Source of the DNA: Camelus dromedarius
Lineage: Eukaryota
NCBI RefSeq assembly: GCF_036321535.1
Contig: NC_087436.1
Coordinates: forward strand, 76,200,001 to 76,264,000
Length of the DNA stretch: 64,000 nucleotides
Direction of reading: 5' to 3'
Shown one piece after another: positions 26,946 to 40,996 of the stretch. A program made the position numbers and the translations under genes. The notes under the pieces are model-generated. The model worked only from the letters and a program-made list of their open reading frames with translations, made no database searches and was not told where the DNA came from. Within the stretch, counting starts at the first letter, position 1, and each line of letters opens with the position of its first letter.

Positions 26946-27277
26946 TCTAGAGGGGTGGTGGTTGGGGGTTAGGTTTTGTGGGGCCTCATAAGCCCTGTTT
27001 AAGGTTTTTTTAAATTTTTTTCTAAAACACTTGAAGAGCTGTGATTTTTTTTAGACAGACATACCATAATAAAATTTACTTTATTTAAAATATCACTGTG
27101 ACTGTGGTGTGAAGCACTGAATGGCACGTGTGGAGCAGGAAATCCAGAATTAAGGCTCTTTTAGTATCCTTGGCAAGTGATGATGGTAACATAGACTAAG
27201 GTGGGACAGTGGAGAGAGCATGAAATGAACAGAGCTCATCAATTTTATGGATAAAAATCACAGCATTGGGTAGTTAC

Positions 27278-27439
27278 CATGACACCCTCAGAAATTATAG
27301 GCTTGAGATAGATGGTAATACTTTTAATCTCATCTCTGCCACTAGGCTGGCTCCCATTTTCTTGGTCTAAAGGACTTCATGGAAGAAGCTTGAAAAAGAT
27401 CATGAGTCGTATTTCCTGCTCTTCGGTTGTCTTTTCCAA
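27278..27439 (-). pseudogene. Decayed exon, AAA5 start (162 nt, one stop)
   Basis: cttgtttag acceptor, ATG|gtaact donor; TTEEQEIRLMIFFKLLP*SPLDQENG. Confidence 0.65.
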
Positions 27440-27754
27440 CTAAACAAGTCTCCAACTTAATAGTTGCTAGTTAATATAGATTATAGGGTGCAGGCAGAGG
27501 GTGATCTCTTTTAAAAGAGCTACCTGCTAACTGGTCAACTGTCTATCTATGTATCTATCATTCTCATAGTGTTTTGTTAAAAATATCAAGGTACAGTCAA
27601 CATACACTTACATTCTGGCTCTTTCCAAGTACTTGCCCTCGTGATAATAGGTTCTCTGGGAAAGTGATACCCTTCCAAGTTAGTCTATGTGACAGTTTTA
27701 CAGAATTTCTTACCATGGTATAACAAGGGTTACCAGCCTCCAAGTCTACAAAAT

Positions 27755-27782
27755 ATGTGTGTGTGTGTGTGTGTGTGTGTGT
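27755..27782. repeat. (TG)n microsatellite
   Basis: Seen directly. Confidence 0.95.
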
Positions 27783-28799
27783 TTTGCCATTAAATTCCTG
27801 ACCACTAAGTGAATGCCACATATTTCAGGTTTTGTTTAGCAAAATCCTACTATTAGGTATCAGAATTTTAATTTATTAGGTGTGGGATAAAGTGCCTATA
27901 ATAAAATGACCAAAAATACGGTGGTTAAAATGAGATAGCAGTTCCTTTTCATCTAGAAAACAGTCTGAGGAGAGCAGGCAATCAGGGTGAATAAGCCGGT
28001 CTGCCTTATGAGATCATTCATGGACCTAGGTTCCCCGTCCTGTTGTCCCACGTTCCTTAGGGTGTCCTCATCTCTTCATCAGCTTTTCATCCACAGAAAG
28101 GGAAAGAAAAGGAGTAGAGGTCAAGGAGTTACCTTTTAAGAAAGTGATATGAAAGTTGCACACATCTCCTCTGCTAAGTTTAGTCACATGGCCAGACCTA
28201 GCTGTAAGGGATGTTTTGGTGATCACATGCCCATCTAAAACGTGATTTCCACTCAAGAAGTAGAGAATGGATTTGGGGAGCCAATGAGCAGCCAAAAAAG
28301 ATAGAGAGGACAGGAGGGTTTGAAGAGAGTGCATGTCACCGAAACCAGTGGAAGAGAATGTTGCATGAAGAAGGCGATGTTGAGTGCTGCCTTGAGCTCA
28401 TTTGAAAAGAACTGAATGTCAGGCATCAGCTCTAGCAATGTAGATTTCATTGGTGACCTTAGACTGAATTGTTTCAATGAAGTGATGAGGGTTAGATGGA
28501 GGATGGAGTGGGAGAAAAGAATATAAGCAATTTTTCTATAAGAGAGAAAAAGCAGTGGTTGAAGAGGAATTTTTGTTTGTTTGATGAGAATGTTTAAATG
28601 TTGCTGGGAAGAACTGAACAAGCACAAATCAATTTCAGGATTGCGCTGGTATTTGATATAAATTGAGAGTATGAATGGATCGCTCAAGAAACAACTTGAG
28701 ATCAAACTAACAGGCAGGTAAGGAGTTCTTAAGTGAGACAGATAACATGCCATGGGTAGGAGTAAACATTTTCCCATTGACTATTCAGTCAGAGCACTG

Positions 28800-29200
28800 C
28801 CAGTTCCCTCAATTCTTCATGTGACATGGTTTCATTTTGGGTACACCCATCTGGACACCCAGCCCAATTTGTCAGTGTTCCTCCTAAAAGGTGGTATCTC
28901 AGCCAGTGAGGTCTGCTGAGGGTGAGGGGCCTATTTCCCTTGAATAGGTTACTCTGTTTCAAATAATGTATTTTCCTTAGGCAACCGGACTACACCAGCA
29001 AGTCACACTGAGCTAGTTCTCAGCAAAACCTCTCTCCTCTTTCTCATATTAATTGTTATTGAATCAAGTTGCTTCTGCCATGCTTTTGTCAATTGATTTA
29101 TGAAAATGTATAGATACTTCCATTTGTTTTAAGTACATTTCTGCCAGGTTATTTTAGCCCATAGTTTGAATTCCCTCCATTTTTCTGAAACTAGATTGTG
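28800..29200. mobile_element. CR1/L3 fragment
   Basis: catgtgacatggtttc and related L3-like motifs. Confidence 0.45.
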
Positions 29201-29574
29201 TCTTTATTAGGTGGCTTTTCCATTTGGGGGTTAATGAAAATTAATAAAAGGCCTTAAGTATGAGTTGAAATATCTCTTAGCAATGACAACAAAATCAATA
29301 ATAATAGCTGCCACTTATTGTGTGTTTGTAATCCAGTGCCTGTTATCCAACTGAGTCCAGTAGTGTAATGAAGTATTGCACATACGTCCTCTCATTTATT
29401 CCTTGTACAACCCTGGAAGGTTGATTTTTGGCTTTTTGTTTATTTTCTGGCCTGAGCATTGTATTGATTACCAAAAATAAAAGACTTTGGGGGAATAGTA
29501 GTAATTATTAAAGGACTTTCCAACAGTAATAGTAGTGCTGTTATTACAGCTACTGTACAGCTCCCACAATTATA

Positions 29575-30990
29575 AACCTTTTATTTTTAATAGAATTTGG
29601 AAATCATTGTATTGCGATATGATTTACATACATTGAAATTCACTCTCTTTGGTGTATAGTTCTATTCATTTTAATCAGCTTGTATACTCATGTAACTACC
29701 ACCACAATTAAGGTATAGAATGGTTTTATCAAAGTTTCCTTAAGCCCTTTATAGTTCGTCCCTTCCCCATCTTCACTCCCAGTCCCTTAATTTTGCCTTT
29801 ACCAGAATGCAGTAAAAATTGAATCATGTAGTATGTAAACTTTTGAGTCTAGATCCTTTCACTTAGGGAGATATACTTGCGATTCATCCATGTTACTGTG
29901 TGTATAAGTAGTTCATTCCTTTGTATTGCTGAGAAGTACCATTGCATGGGTGCCCACAGTTGTTTCATCCATTCACCCATCAGAGGACATTTGGGTTGTA
30001 TTCAGGTTTTGGGCAATAATGAATAAAATTGCTATGAACATTCATGTACAGGTTTTTGTGTGACCCTAAGTTTTTATTTCTCTAGGGTAAACACCTAGGA
30101 GTGCGATTCCTGAGTTATATGGTAAATATATGTTTGTTTAACCATATAAGGAGCTACCAAACTTTTCCAAAATGGCTGCACCAATTTCCATTCTCACCAG
30201 CCATGTGTGAGAGTTTAGTTACTTCACATCCTTGTCAGCACTTGGTATTATTGTCAGGCTTATGATTTTAGACATTCTAGTAGGTGTGTAGTAGTATTTC
30301 ATTGTGGTTTCAATTTACATTTCCTTAATGGTTAATGATTTTAACATGTTTTCATGTGCTTGTCATGTACTTAGTTGCCATCTGCATATCTTCTTCAGTG
30401 AACTGTCTTCTTAAATCATTTGCCCATCTTTCATTTTGGGTGTTCATTTTCTTAAGTTTTGAGACTTCTTTACATAGGCAGAATACATGTCTTTTATCAG
30501 ATCTATAACTTACAAAATTTTTCTACTAGTCTTTGGTTTTTACTTTTCTTTCTATTAACTATGTCTTTTACAAAGTAGACATTTTATTTTTTTTTATGAA
30601 ATCCAATACATCAATATTTTCTTATATGGAATGTACTTTTGGTATTGTATATAAGAAATATTTGCCTCACCCAAGATTATAGTGACTTTCCTGTGTCTTT
30701 TTCTGGAAATTTCATGCTTTTAAATTTTGTATTTGGTCTATGATATATATTGAGTTAATTTTTTGTATAGTGTGAAAAATGAGTTGATAATCTGTTTTTT
30801 TTTTTGCATATAGACATTCAGCTATCCCAGTGCCACTTGTTCAGAAGACTCTCCTTTCTCCACTTGTTTTTTTTTTCTTTTTTCTTTTTTTAATCTCCTT
30901 TCTCCATTTGAATTACCTTTGTTCTTTTGAAAAAAATCAATTGAGTAAATATGTATGGCTCTATTTCTCGACTGTTTGATTGATGTACTT
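29575..30990 (-). mobile_element. L1MB-type fragment (ORF2 end plus 3' UTR)
   Basis: gctatgaacattcatgtacaggtttttgtg, ccattctcaccagc. Confidence 0.8.
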
Positions 30991-31492
30991 ATTCTTTAAG
31001 GAAGACCCTAATATCTGTTATACAGACAAGGAAATGGGGATCAAAGAGGTTAGATGACGTGCCCAACATCATCATAAACACACACAAGAGTTAGAATCAG
31101 TCAATGAACTAACAAAAATGCTGTTTGATATTAGACCACATACAGAGCTCTGCTTTAACTCACTACTAGACCTGGTCTTCAGGGTTTAAAAGATCTTTTG
31201 GTCTGTATTTATTAGTAATAATAATAGCTAATATGTTCGCCATCTGCCTGCCATGATTCCAAGTCTTTGAACACATCATCTCATCTAAGCTTCGCTGCAA
31301 CCCTTTGGAGACGCTCCTACTATTATACCTTGTCACAAGAAGTGGGTCATGGAGATACCATGTAATTGCTGCAAGGTTCTAGAGCTTGTAAGTAGCAGCT
31401 GACCTTTGAACTCAGGTCCTCTTACTTGCTCTTAACCATTACATTATTCTGTCAAATGGAAAGTCTAACTGTGCAACAAGTCGACATTTTAC

Positions 31493-31586
31493 CTACATTT
31501 ACTGGTACCTGGTCTATATTTTTCAAAAGATTGTACAGAAAATTCTCCAACATAATCCATGTCCACAGTTTTCTAATTTATGGTGC
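31493..31586 (-). pseudogene. Decayed exon (94 nt)
   Basis: gtttgtgtactgtag acceptor, TAG|gtaaaa donor. Confidence 0.5.
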
Positions 31587-31770
31587 CTACAGTACACAAA
31601 CATTGCACTAATTGCTTATAAATGATTGTCAAAAAAGGGGTTGGCCTATTTGAGAAGAAGCTATCAAAGAGACTAGAATGCCATTTTGGAGTTTACGACA
31701 CGGACTGACATCCCAACATTGGCATTGTTTATAATAAATTTTTATGAGCAAAAAAACTTAGAGGGTTTTA

Positions 31771-33801
31771 CCCTAAAAGGTCCACACAAAAACTACTAGA
31801 GCTGATCAAAGAACTCAACAAGGTAGCAGATTACAAGATTAATGTTCAAAAATCAGTTGCATTTCTTTACACTAACAATGAATCAACAGAAAAAGAAAGT
31901 AAAGAAACAATCCCCTTTAAAATAGCACCCAAAGTAATAAAATACCTAGGAGTAAATCTAACCAAGGCGGTGAAAGAATTATGCACAGAAAACTATAAAC
32001 CACTGATGAAGAAAATTAAAGAAGACGTTAAAAAATGGAAAGATATCCCATTCTCCTGGATTGGAAGAATCAATATTGTTAAAATGGTCACACTGCCCAA
32101 GGCAATCTACAGATTTAATACAATCCCTATCAAATTACCCAGAACATATTTCACAGAACTAGAACAAATCATAACAAAATTTATATGGAACCACAAAAGA
32201 CCTAGAATTGCCAAAGCATTACTGAAGAAAAAGAAAGAGGCTGGAGGAATTACTCTCCCAGACTTCAGACTATACTATAGAGCTACAGTAATCAAGACAG
32301 CATGGTATTGGTACAAAAACAGACCTATAGACCAATGGAACAGAATAGAGAGCCCAGAAATGAACCCACAAACTTTTGGTCAACTAATCTTCGACAATGA
32401 AATAAAGACAGTCTCTTCAGCAAATGGTGTTGGGAAAACTGGACAGCAGCATATAAATCAGTGAAGCTAGAACACTCCCTTACACCATACACAAAAATAA
32501 ACTCAAAATGGATCAAAGACTTAAAGATAAAACAAGATGCAATAAACCTCCTGGAAGAAAATATAGGTAAAACATTATCTCACATACATCTCAAAAATGC
32601 TCTCCTAGGACAGTCTACCCAAGCAATAGAAATAAAAGCAAGAATAAACAAATGGGACCTAATGAAACTTACAAACTTCTGCACAGCAAAGGAAACCATA
32701 AATAAAACAAAACAACAACCTCTGGAATGGGAGAAAATTTTTGCAAATGAAACTGACAAAGACTTGATCTCCAGAATATATAAGCAGCTCATACAACTTA
32801 ATAAGAAAAAAACAAACAACCCAATCCAAAAATGGGCAGAAGACCTAAACAAGCAATTCTCCAAGGAAGAAATACAAATGATCAATAGGCACGTGAAAAA
32901 ATGCTCAATATCACTAATTATCAGAGAAATGCAAATCAAAACTACAATGAGGTATCACCTCACACCAGTCAGAATGGCCATCATTCAAAAGTCTGCAAAT
33001 GACAACTGCTGGAGAGGCTGTGGAGAAAAGGGAACCCTCCTACACTGCTGGTGGGAATGCAGTTTGGTGCAGCCGCTGTGGAAAACAGTATGGAGATTCC
33101 TCAAAAGACTAGGAATAGACTTATCATATGACCCAGAAATCCCGCTCCTGGGCATATGTCCAGAAGGAACCCTACTTCAGAAAGACACCTGCACCCCAAT
33201 GTTCATAGCAGCACTATTTACAATAGCCAAGAAATGGAAATAGCCCAAATGTCCATCAACAGATGACTGGATACAGAAGCTGTGGTATATTTATACAACG
33301 GAATACTATTCAGCCATAAAAACCAACAACGCCATTTGCAGCAACATGGATGTTCCTGGAGAATGTCATTCTAAGTGAAGTAAGCCAGAAAGAGAAAGAA
33401 AAATACCATATGAGCTCGCTCATATATGGAATCTAAAAAAATACAAAACAAACAAACAAACAAACAAATACAAAACAGAAACAGACTCATAGAATACAAA
33501 CTTGTGGTTGCCAAGAGGGCGGGGGGTGGGAGGGGACAGACTGGGATTTCAAAATGTAGAATAGATAAACAAGATTATACTGTATATAATCTTGTATACT
33601 GTATACTGTATATATAGCCCAGGGAAATATATACAAGATCTTGTGGTAGCTCACAGCAAAAAGAAAATGTGTGACAATGAATATATGTATGTTCATGTAT
33701 AACTGAAAAATTGTGCTCTACACTGGAATTTGACACAACATTGTAAAATGACTATTACTCAATCAAAAAATATTAAAAAACAAACAAACAAACAAACAAA
33801 C
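31771..33801 (+). mobile_element. Young 5'-truncated LINE-1 (camelid type): ORF2 C-terminus, 3' UTR, (CAAA)n tail
   Basis: Track ORFs 31970-32464 and 32461-33243 are L1 ORF2 ([32 protein letters not shown]); 21-bp duplication aaaaaaactt(a/g)gagggtttta at 31750-31770 and 33802-33822. Confidence 0.95.
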
Positions 33802-34485
33802 AAAAAAACTTGGAGGGTTTTAGGTTTTCTTACTGTATGTTTAATATGACTTCTTCTGGGCCTGAATATTAGGTCCATGTGAGATAATAATCTTAATAGA
33901 GTGATTGTTTGAGAACTTGGAGACTCATCTGTAGTTGAAAAAATTATTTACTAGTACCAGTTCTACTGTTCTATGCTTCCTTCAGGAATTCTTTCCCAGA
34001 AAAAGCCTCCTTCGCTCCCAAAACGGCAGCAGAGACTCCCATTGTGTATCATCATAGCACACTGTACTTCCTCAGCAGCTCTTTGCACATTTTAATTTTT
34101 GTTTAATTTCTGATTTACTATGTGTATTCTCTAAAACACTCCATGAGAGTAGGACGTGCCTGTTTAGTCAGAGCCCGGCATAATGCCTGTACTTATTAAA
34201 TGCTCCAGAAACGCCTTTCAGCAAACAAACTGACGCAGACCCCAGCTGAGGCCACTAGCCTAACTGGCTCCTTGTATACTTTTACAAAGGGGGCTAGGTA
34301 TTGGATACGGCCTATTATTCTCAAAAAAGAAGCCTACTGGTCTGACATGCACGAGTCTTTAAGTAAAATTAGCCACTTCCCTTTGGTGAAGTAATGGGGG
34401 GAAATGGAAAAGGTCCTGGCATTGAACTTCATTTTCTCCGTAATTCTAAAAAGGGTATTCCAGAGAAGTTGCCCTCCCTACTTAC

Positions 34486-34680
34486 AGTAGGGGACCCCGG
34501 GCTTTTTTAACTCTTCATCTCAGAAGATTGGCAATTAAATCCCATATTGGAAGCCTGTAAGCCAGCATAGCTGGTAGTATGAAGGCAATCTTTTCCCAAA
34601 AATGCTTTACACCTTTTTGAAACTGTGTCAGCTTGTTTCTTAGAGGTTTACATGCCTCCGTAAAAATGATCCCATACTTT
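34486..34680 (-). pseudogene. Decayed exon, end of stalk
   Basis: cccactag acceptor, consensus gtaagt donor; AFILPAMLAYRLPI resembles DxLLxAAFxSYxGPF. Confidence 0.6.
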
Positions 34681-34719
34681 CTAGTGGGTGAGTCATGTTG
34701 ACAACATCTAAACCAATTA

Positions 34720-35320
34720 ATCAATCTTTCAACGTTATGAAAAGAGAGACAATCAGATAATCTGCCTCCTAATGAGACAGAGTAGGGAGGCGAAACATAT
34801 GATTTTTATGATTTATTATTGCCAAAAAATAATTAAACCTAAGCCTGATCAAGCATTTAGATCCATTACCAGTTTACAGGAAATAAAAGGCAAAAAGGAA
34901 TATTTTAAATAACACCATGGGCATGCATTCAGACAAATCCTGAATATGGAATATTTTCTAGGACAAATCACATTTATATGTGTATTAAATATATATGTAT
35001 GACATAGTCGGGGATAGTTGAACAATAAAAGGCTATTTAGTAACAGTAAAAATTTATTGTTAATTTTTTCGGGTGTGATAGCGCTATTGTGATTTCTTTT
35101 TTTAAACAGAGTTATCTTTTACAGAGAGATTTTGAAGAATTTATGGATGGAATAATATACAGTCTAGTGGGGGTGGAGTGTTGTTAAGAGTACACAAAAA
35201 AATAAGATCGGACATACCTTGATAATTATTTAAGCTAGGACAGGGTACATGATATAAAAATGATTCTCTACTTTTGTATATGTTTGAAAATTTCCATAAC
35301 AAAAATTTTTTTAAATCACT
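34720..35320 (+). mobile_element. Old L1M 3' fragment filling a pseudogene intron
   Basis: ctgatcaag...ttaccagtttacaggaaata, tttgaaaatttccataac. Confidence 0.6.
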
Positions 35321-35336
35321 AAAATAGTGATCATAC

Positions 35337-35567
35337 ATTTGAAATTTTTCTTTCTGCTCCAAAGCAGCTGTTCCATTTTCCACAGCTCTTCTTAGATCTG
35401 TTTTCTACTTCTAAAATAGTGTGGTGATGAATTGAAACCCATAATGCTTTCCATAAGTCCCCAAATTTCTTTTCTATGTTACTGTTTGCACTGTTGTTCA
35501 GAAGCTCATAAAGTGTCATCCACATGTCAAAAATAATAGTTGGCTTTCACATTTGTGTAGCATGTAC
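35337..35567 (-). pseudogene. Decayed exon (231 nt, one stop)
   Basis: ttcctgattttgccag acceptor, AAT|gtatga donor; 77 codons with a single TGA. Confidence 0.6.
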
Positions 35568-35659
35568 CTGGCAAAATCAGGAAAATAATCTAATTCTCCA
35601 GTCCCTCAGTATAGTTCTCTCTCCACAACTACTACTAAATTACGAGCCAGATGACTCAT

Positions 35660-35841
35660 ATAAACACCCAAATCCTTCTGCCTATCACATGAAATGAGAA
35701 TTTGTTCTTGAGGATAACATCTGTCAGAGAGACTTTTATATAATATCTGACAGCCCCAAGATTCTGTGAATGCTTGACCACTGCCATGGGGATATAACTG
35801 AGCATAACAGCAGAATAACCAACACCGGATTGATCCATGCT
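35660..35841 (-). pseudogene. Decayed exon, stalk region
   Basis: gctaacag acceptor, mutated donor atgagt; MAVVKHSQNLGAVRYYIK resembles the stalk V..xSxA...LCxWV segment. Confidence 0.5.
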
Positions 35842-36517
35842 CTGTTAGCATCATCATGAATTACTTTTGTTTTTCATAAGGAAGGCAGCGTCACATGTGT
35901 CACTGAGAGAGAGCCTGGGTCCTCGTGCTAGTTCTGCCATTGTAACTTTTGTGGTTGAGACAGGTCCCTTGTCTTCTTTGGCCTTTATTTGTAAAATGGT
36001 GATAATAATAGCTAACCTCACAGAGTTGATGGTGAGGATTAAATGAGATGAGAATATATAAAGTACCCAGAGTGGTGTCTGCCATGTGTCTAAGCCATCA
36101 TCACCTGGTCTTAGCTACTATCTGTGAAGAAGTTTCTTTTCTTGTTTTTTTTTTTTTTTTTTCACTTGTGTGCTTTAATACCACTTTGGATGAGTTGGAT
36201 TTGTTTTTCTATAGCCTCCTTTGAAAATAGAAAGTTAGGCTTTTTCCGTGTATATATGGAGTGGTTGTACTGTTACTAATTAAGGTGACTTTAGAAGATA
36301 ATTTTTGAAAATCAAAGACTATTCTTTAAGAAGTCCTCCAAAATCTACATGATGAGTTCAACTAATTTACTTCTGAGGGAATGTCTTCTGTAACCAGTGT
36401 ATCTTGGAGATGTAGTATTGCTTTTGTCTCTCTAACACTTATTTCATCTTTTTTTTTTTTAATAGGAATCTCTTGTTTTTCTTTTGAGAGCCACTCATTT
36501 CCATTTTTGGTCTATGT

Positions 36518-36730
36518 GAGGAGTCAGCAAACTTTTTCTTAAAGGGTCAGCTACTTAATAGTTCAGATCTGCAGGCTTATATGGTCTCTGTTACACCCAC
36601 TCAGTGTTGCCATTGTAGAATGAACGCAGATGTAGACAATACATGAAGAAACAGGCATGGCTGTGGGTCAGTCAAACTTTACTCACTAAAGCAGGTAGCT
36701 GACTTGTGGGCTTTGGTTTGCTGACCCTTG
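36518..36730. mobile_element. MER58A-like hAT-Charlie MITE
   Basis: gtcagcaaactttttcttaaagggtcag ... gtttgctgaccc. Confidence 0.8.
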
Positions 36731-37439
36731 GTGTATATCATTCAAATGAAACGACCTTCTCCCTCACTTTCTGTTTCAAGCATAGACACATGAGCCAGAA
36801 CTGGCTAATAAATACATCTTATCCATCTGGTCACTGTTATGGACTCATGATGGGCATCTGATGTAAGCTGGACCCATCAGACTTGGGCCTAGGGCTTTTG
36901 CTATTACTATTAAGGGAGGTGTGCTCTCCTTAACTGGGGCGGCATAATTGGTAGAATATATTCCTGGGGTTCCTGGTGGCATCTCATCACCAAAATGGAG
37001 AAGTCCACCTGGAGGTAGATCCAGCACAGACGAGCACAGAGCTGAGAAACAGATAATGAGAAGTGAGACCTTTGTGGCAACAAGAAGTAGTTGTTTGTTT
37101 CAGGAAAACTTTGGCAGGAAAGATAAAACTGCAAAACCAATAAATAAGTTTACTGTTTGTGTCAAGTGATGCTTTCTTTAAAATCTTCCCAGGATAACAT
37201 GATTTCAGGTTTATCTTTGGCTGTAGAAGGTTGGAGCTTTGATTTTAAATATATCTATAATCTATATCTAAGTCTATCTGGATTAGACCTAGAATTATGA
37301 ATTATTTTAGAAAATTTTTGTTCCTGTAACAGTACATTTCCTTGCCCCATGGCCCATTCCCAAGTAATTCAGTGGCTTTCTATTTAAGCAATATCCTGCT
37401 AGTATTCCCATTTCCTAAAATGACATCAACCCTAATTAC

Positions 37440-37517
37440 TCCCAGGATGGACAATTATCAAGGCATATGGGTCTACATTTAATTGGCCAAGAGAAAGAAC
37501 CACAGTCCAGACACTTT
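37440..37517 (-). pseudogene. Small exon remnant (candidate)
   Basis: tttacactccctag acceptor, GA|gtaatt donor; two frames open. Confidence 0.45.
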
Positions 37518-37722
37518 CTAGGGAGTGTAAATTCAAACTCACTGACACTTTTATTTTTGGGTTAATGCAGACAGTAAAAAGCTCTGAATTTAGGTCACAT
37601 TGTTTTGCTTCTGTTGGGCTATACCTCAAAGCTTTGCTATTTACTGAAGGTCATTATTAGAAATAGCCCCAAGGAATTTGTTGGAGATACTGGATGGATA
37701 TCATTAAGGATTTATTCTCTAC

Positions 37723-38013
37723 GTCAGGCAGTGTCCTTTTAATGAGAATCCATGAGAAAAAATTCTTTCAAATCTCAGTGCCAGGAATACGTCTGATTTT
37801 CTCAAATCAGTTGAATAGTTAAAAGAAATCTTATGAATACAATTAACCATGAACTCCTTCTCTTTGAGCAAACTACTGAGGTCATTACTGTTCAGTTTAT
37901 GACTCAATTCTTGTAAAAGTATAGGATTCTTTGGCACATCTTTTTGAGAAATACCCTTCAGTCATTTTTTTGTTCCAGCCATTACTTTTCTTTTATCCCA
38001 ATTTCCTAACTAC
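37723..38013 (-). pseudogene. Decayed exon, stalk region
   Basis: Contains track ORF 37719-37937 (LQELSHKLNSNDLSSLLKEKEF); joins in frame to the 38-nt exon; AC|gtagag donor. Confidence 0.6.
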
Positions 38014-38580
38014 CTTTAATTTATCACATAGCACGATGAGGCTATGTGTAAATATCTACATTATGCTTCCTTCTTGATTTGTGAGTGGTGAAATGTAGCC
38101 ACGAAGGAATAAAGAAACTACAAAAGGAAAGTGGTAGGGTACCGGAGGCTGACTTTTTAAAACAGCTTAACTCAGTGTTTTGCCTGGATTGCCACTAGGT
38201 GTCTTTTCTGGTCTAGGGAAAGCCATGCACATATTTGGATTGTATTGCTTCTAAGCATTTGCAGCTCTCAAAGAGACTCCATCTCTTTGGGGACCTAAGC
38301 CTTGGAGTTGAGAGCACCCACAGGATTCACGCTTCTCTGACTCCGGGGTTCTCTTTAGGGCTTTACCAGATGGAAAACTAGCACCTCAGAGCCAGTGAGG
38401 TGGTGAGTTAACAGGCTTTATCGACAGATGGAGGACCCCAAGTATGAATAAAAACAGCTTCAGCTTGAAAAGAAAAAAATTCTGGATCCAATCTATGTAA
38501 GCAAATACCCATATCAAACCAATTATCTAAAGGAATTGGTCCAATGGCTACCTTAGTGACTCCACACAGGAAATATTTAC

Positions 38581-38618
38581 CTGTCCAGTATATTGTTAAT
38601 GCTTTTGAATAGGTTATA
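38581..38618 (-). pseudogene. Small exon remnant (38 nt)
   Basis: ttctttctcaacctag acceptor, CAG|gtaaat donor; YNLFKSINNILD. Confidence 0.55.
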
Positions 38619-39670
38619 CTAGGTTGAGAAAGAATGCTGCTTTCCTCTTTTGAATGTGAACCCCGAAGAGTTCCCCTTTGTTGTGAGTGGTGACAGGATA
38701 GTTACTGACAGTTTGGGGCAAACAGAACTCTAGGCTAACAATTTTACCACGCATTGTTTAGAAAACATTAGGTATATGCCTACACTCATGATTTATCTGA
38801 TTATAAAGAAATAAATCTGTGATAATTGGATCACATAGTTAGATCATAGTTCCATGATTCAGGAATAGAACTGAAGTTATGAAGTGCTTGTCTCAAGTAA
38901 GAAGTCTCCAGTCTGATCCCTTTACAACACTCCTAATGTTTTAAATTTTTCCTATTCCCAGAAATAATAACATTTATGCAAAGAGGATATTTCTAATACT
39001 TGGTTTGTTCTTGTTGTTAAATAATTTTATAGATTAATTTTACAACCTATTTACTGTAATTATACAAATCTTGTAAGAATGCATCTTTCTTTAGTTAACA
39101 TTTTATATTTGTTCTATCCAATGCAAAGAGAAAGTACTGACAAAACTATTATAGGTATGTTAACCTTTTCTTACTAAGCCGCTTTTTGTTTCTCATTTTA
39201 AAAAGGAAGTCCAGATATATACTTTATATTCTGAATTAGTCCATATTCCATTCCACTGACCACTATTTCACTTATTTGGGGGTTTTTATGTGTCATCAAA
39301 ATTGAAGAAATATTCCTTTTGGTGACTCTAATCTATGAATGTGAATGTGCTTCAGATAAAAATCATTAATCTCCAGCTAAATCTTAAAGGATCTCTAACA
39401 TCAATTGAAATCACTTACAAAATGCATTTTATGGGTAATCTAAATCCCATTTTAAGACAGATTTTTAAATTCTAAAGGATTTATACATCAAACAGAAGGG
39501 TAGTATATATTTGAAAATTTTTCATTTGAAGAACATTTATGATTTAATTAAAATCTTAATTGTATCATTGCTGCTGGTAACATTACCAGTGGGTCTTTGA
39601 TAGATCAGAATTCTTTATGAAAACTGAGTGAAAGTATCTAGAGTTGATTTTCCTCTTGAAGTTCCCCTAC

Positions 39671-40081
39671 ATTTCCTTCCTGCCATTGGGAACGTAGAAT
39701 CTACGCAGCAAAGTTGTAAAGGGCCACACAAACAGAATCATGTCTGAGGTGGGAGAAGAGTGTCACAGCCATGGGACCCTTCTGCACGAGTGGTGTCACT
39801 GTATTGATCATAATGGTGCATGGTCCGCCATCTGTCTGATGAAACAGCTCAGCGTGCTAAGTGTTATTGACAGGAAGATGGGCAAACTGCTTCCTTTGGG
39901 GGCTCTCTGGCTGACCCTTCCCGAAAGCCTGGCGAGTTTTCAAGGTCTGTTTCTTCAGGGTGAAATACCATCAATCCACCTGCCTCAGTATTTCCCTTTT
40001 CTTAGGATACATGCAACATTCTTTATGAAAGGAATGGTTATTACCACATTCCACTGATTTAAAATGATGAGACTTAGGTGC
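39671..40081 (-). pseudogene. Decayed exon, AAA4 C-terminal part (411 nt)
   Basis: ccttacccaatttag acceptor, AAT|gtaggg donor; 137 codons with 3 stops: HKECCMY..RQVD*WY..INTVTPLVQK. Confidence 0.6.
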
Positions 40082-40653
40082 CTAAATTGGGTAAGGTAAA
40101 CGTGCCTTTTGTTTATAGCTAAAATTTACTAGATAACCGAGGGACATCTGATCAGCAATGGAGGTTAACGGCATGATGGTTCTAGTGATTACTGACAAGT
40201 TAGAAGGACGGTGAGGTAAGCGGTAAGCTGAATGCCGTTACATCCAGCTGCTCACCACACAGGATATGCAAGTGCAGAGTTCTAGAGACAGCCAGTTTTA
40301 AGTGGTTAGGGAACAGATGTGGAATTTCAGGCTTTCAGAGGAGGATGCTTTTTTCTTGACAATAACATGGGATTTTTTAACTTTTTTTAAAAAATAGCTT
40401 TATTGAGGTATAATTTATATACCACAGATCATTCCATTTTAAGTATAGAATTCAATGGTTAAAACACTGTCACCTGTCACATAAGTGGGCAATCCTCTTC
40501 ATTTTGACAGTGTTTAATAATATGTTGTAATTAGGATTGTGTTAGTCTGATTTCTCTTTGCTTTTTAAACTAGTAGCAAGTACTGAGGGCAGTTTTATAT
40601 AATAATTGAAGATTAGTGAAAACACAAACTTAGGTCTAAGCATTGCAGAAAAC

Positions 40654-40861
40654 CTGGTTCCAGAATGTGATCCTCAAATGTTTACTTCTAATCTTCGTTC
40701 ATAGGTCTCATTTTCCTTGTCATGACAAAACATGTGAAGTTTATCTGGTGCCATAATTTGGAGCATTTGTTATATTCCTTGTTTCCACAGATTAGCAAAT
40801 CAGTTCATCATATATGTGTAAGATAGAAGCTGTATTGCCAATGTCTATATGGGGTTTGCAC
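40654..40861 (-). pseudogene. Decayed exon, AAA4
   Basis: gatgttttttag acceptor; CKPHIDIGNTASILHIYDELIC..., MLQIMAPDKLHMFCHDKE in a shifted frame, ends KIRSKHLRITFWNQ|gt. Confidence 0.6.
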
Positions 40862-40996
40862 CTAAAAAACATCTTTTAAAGGCTCTGCAGGATCCCAGTT
40901 TATGAAGTCTGTATCCTAGGCAACTTCAAAGCTTTCTAAGGAACATGCCAAGTAGACAGCTGCTGTAGCTACTACCAAGGAACAAATCTATTTCAC

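Noticed and set aside
28253..28777. 174-aa minus-strand ORF
   Set aside because: Overlaps L2/MaLR sequence; low-complexity Leu/Ser-rich translation.
31970..33243. Long plus-strand ORFs as host genes
   Set aside because: LINE-1 ORF2 of a 5'-truncated, frameshifted copy.
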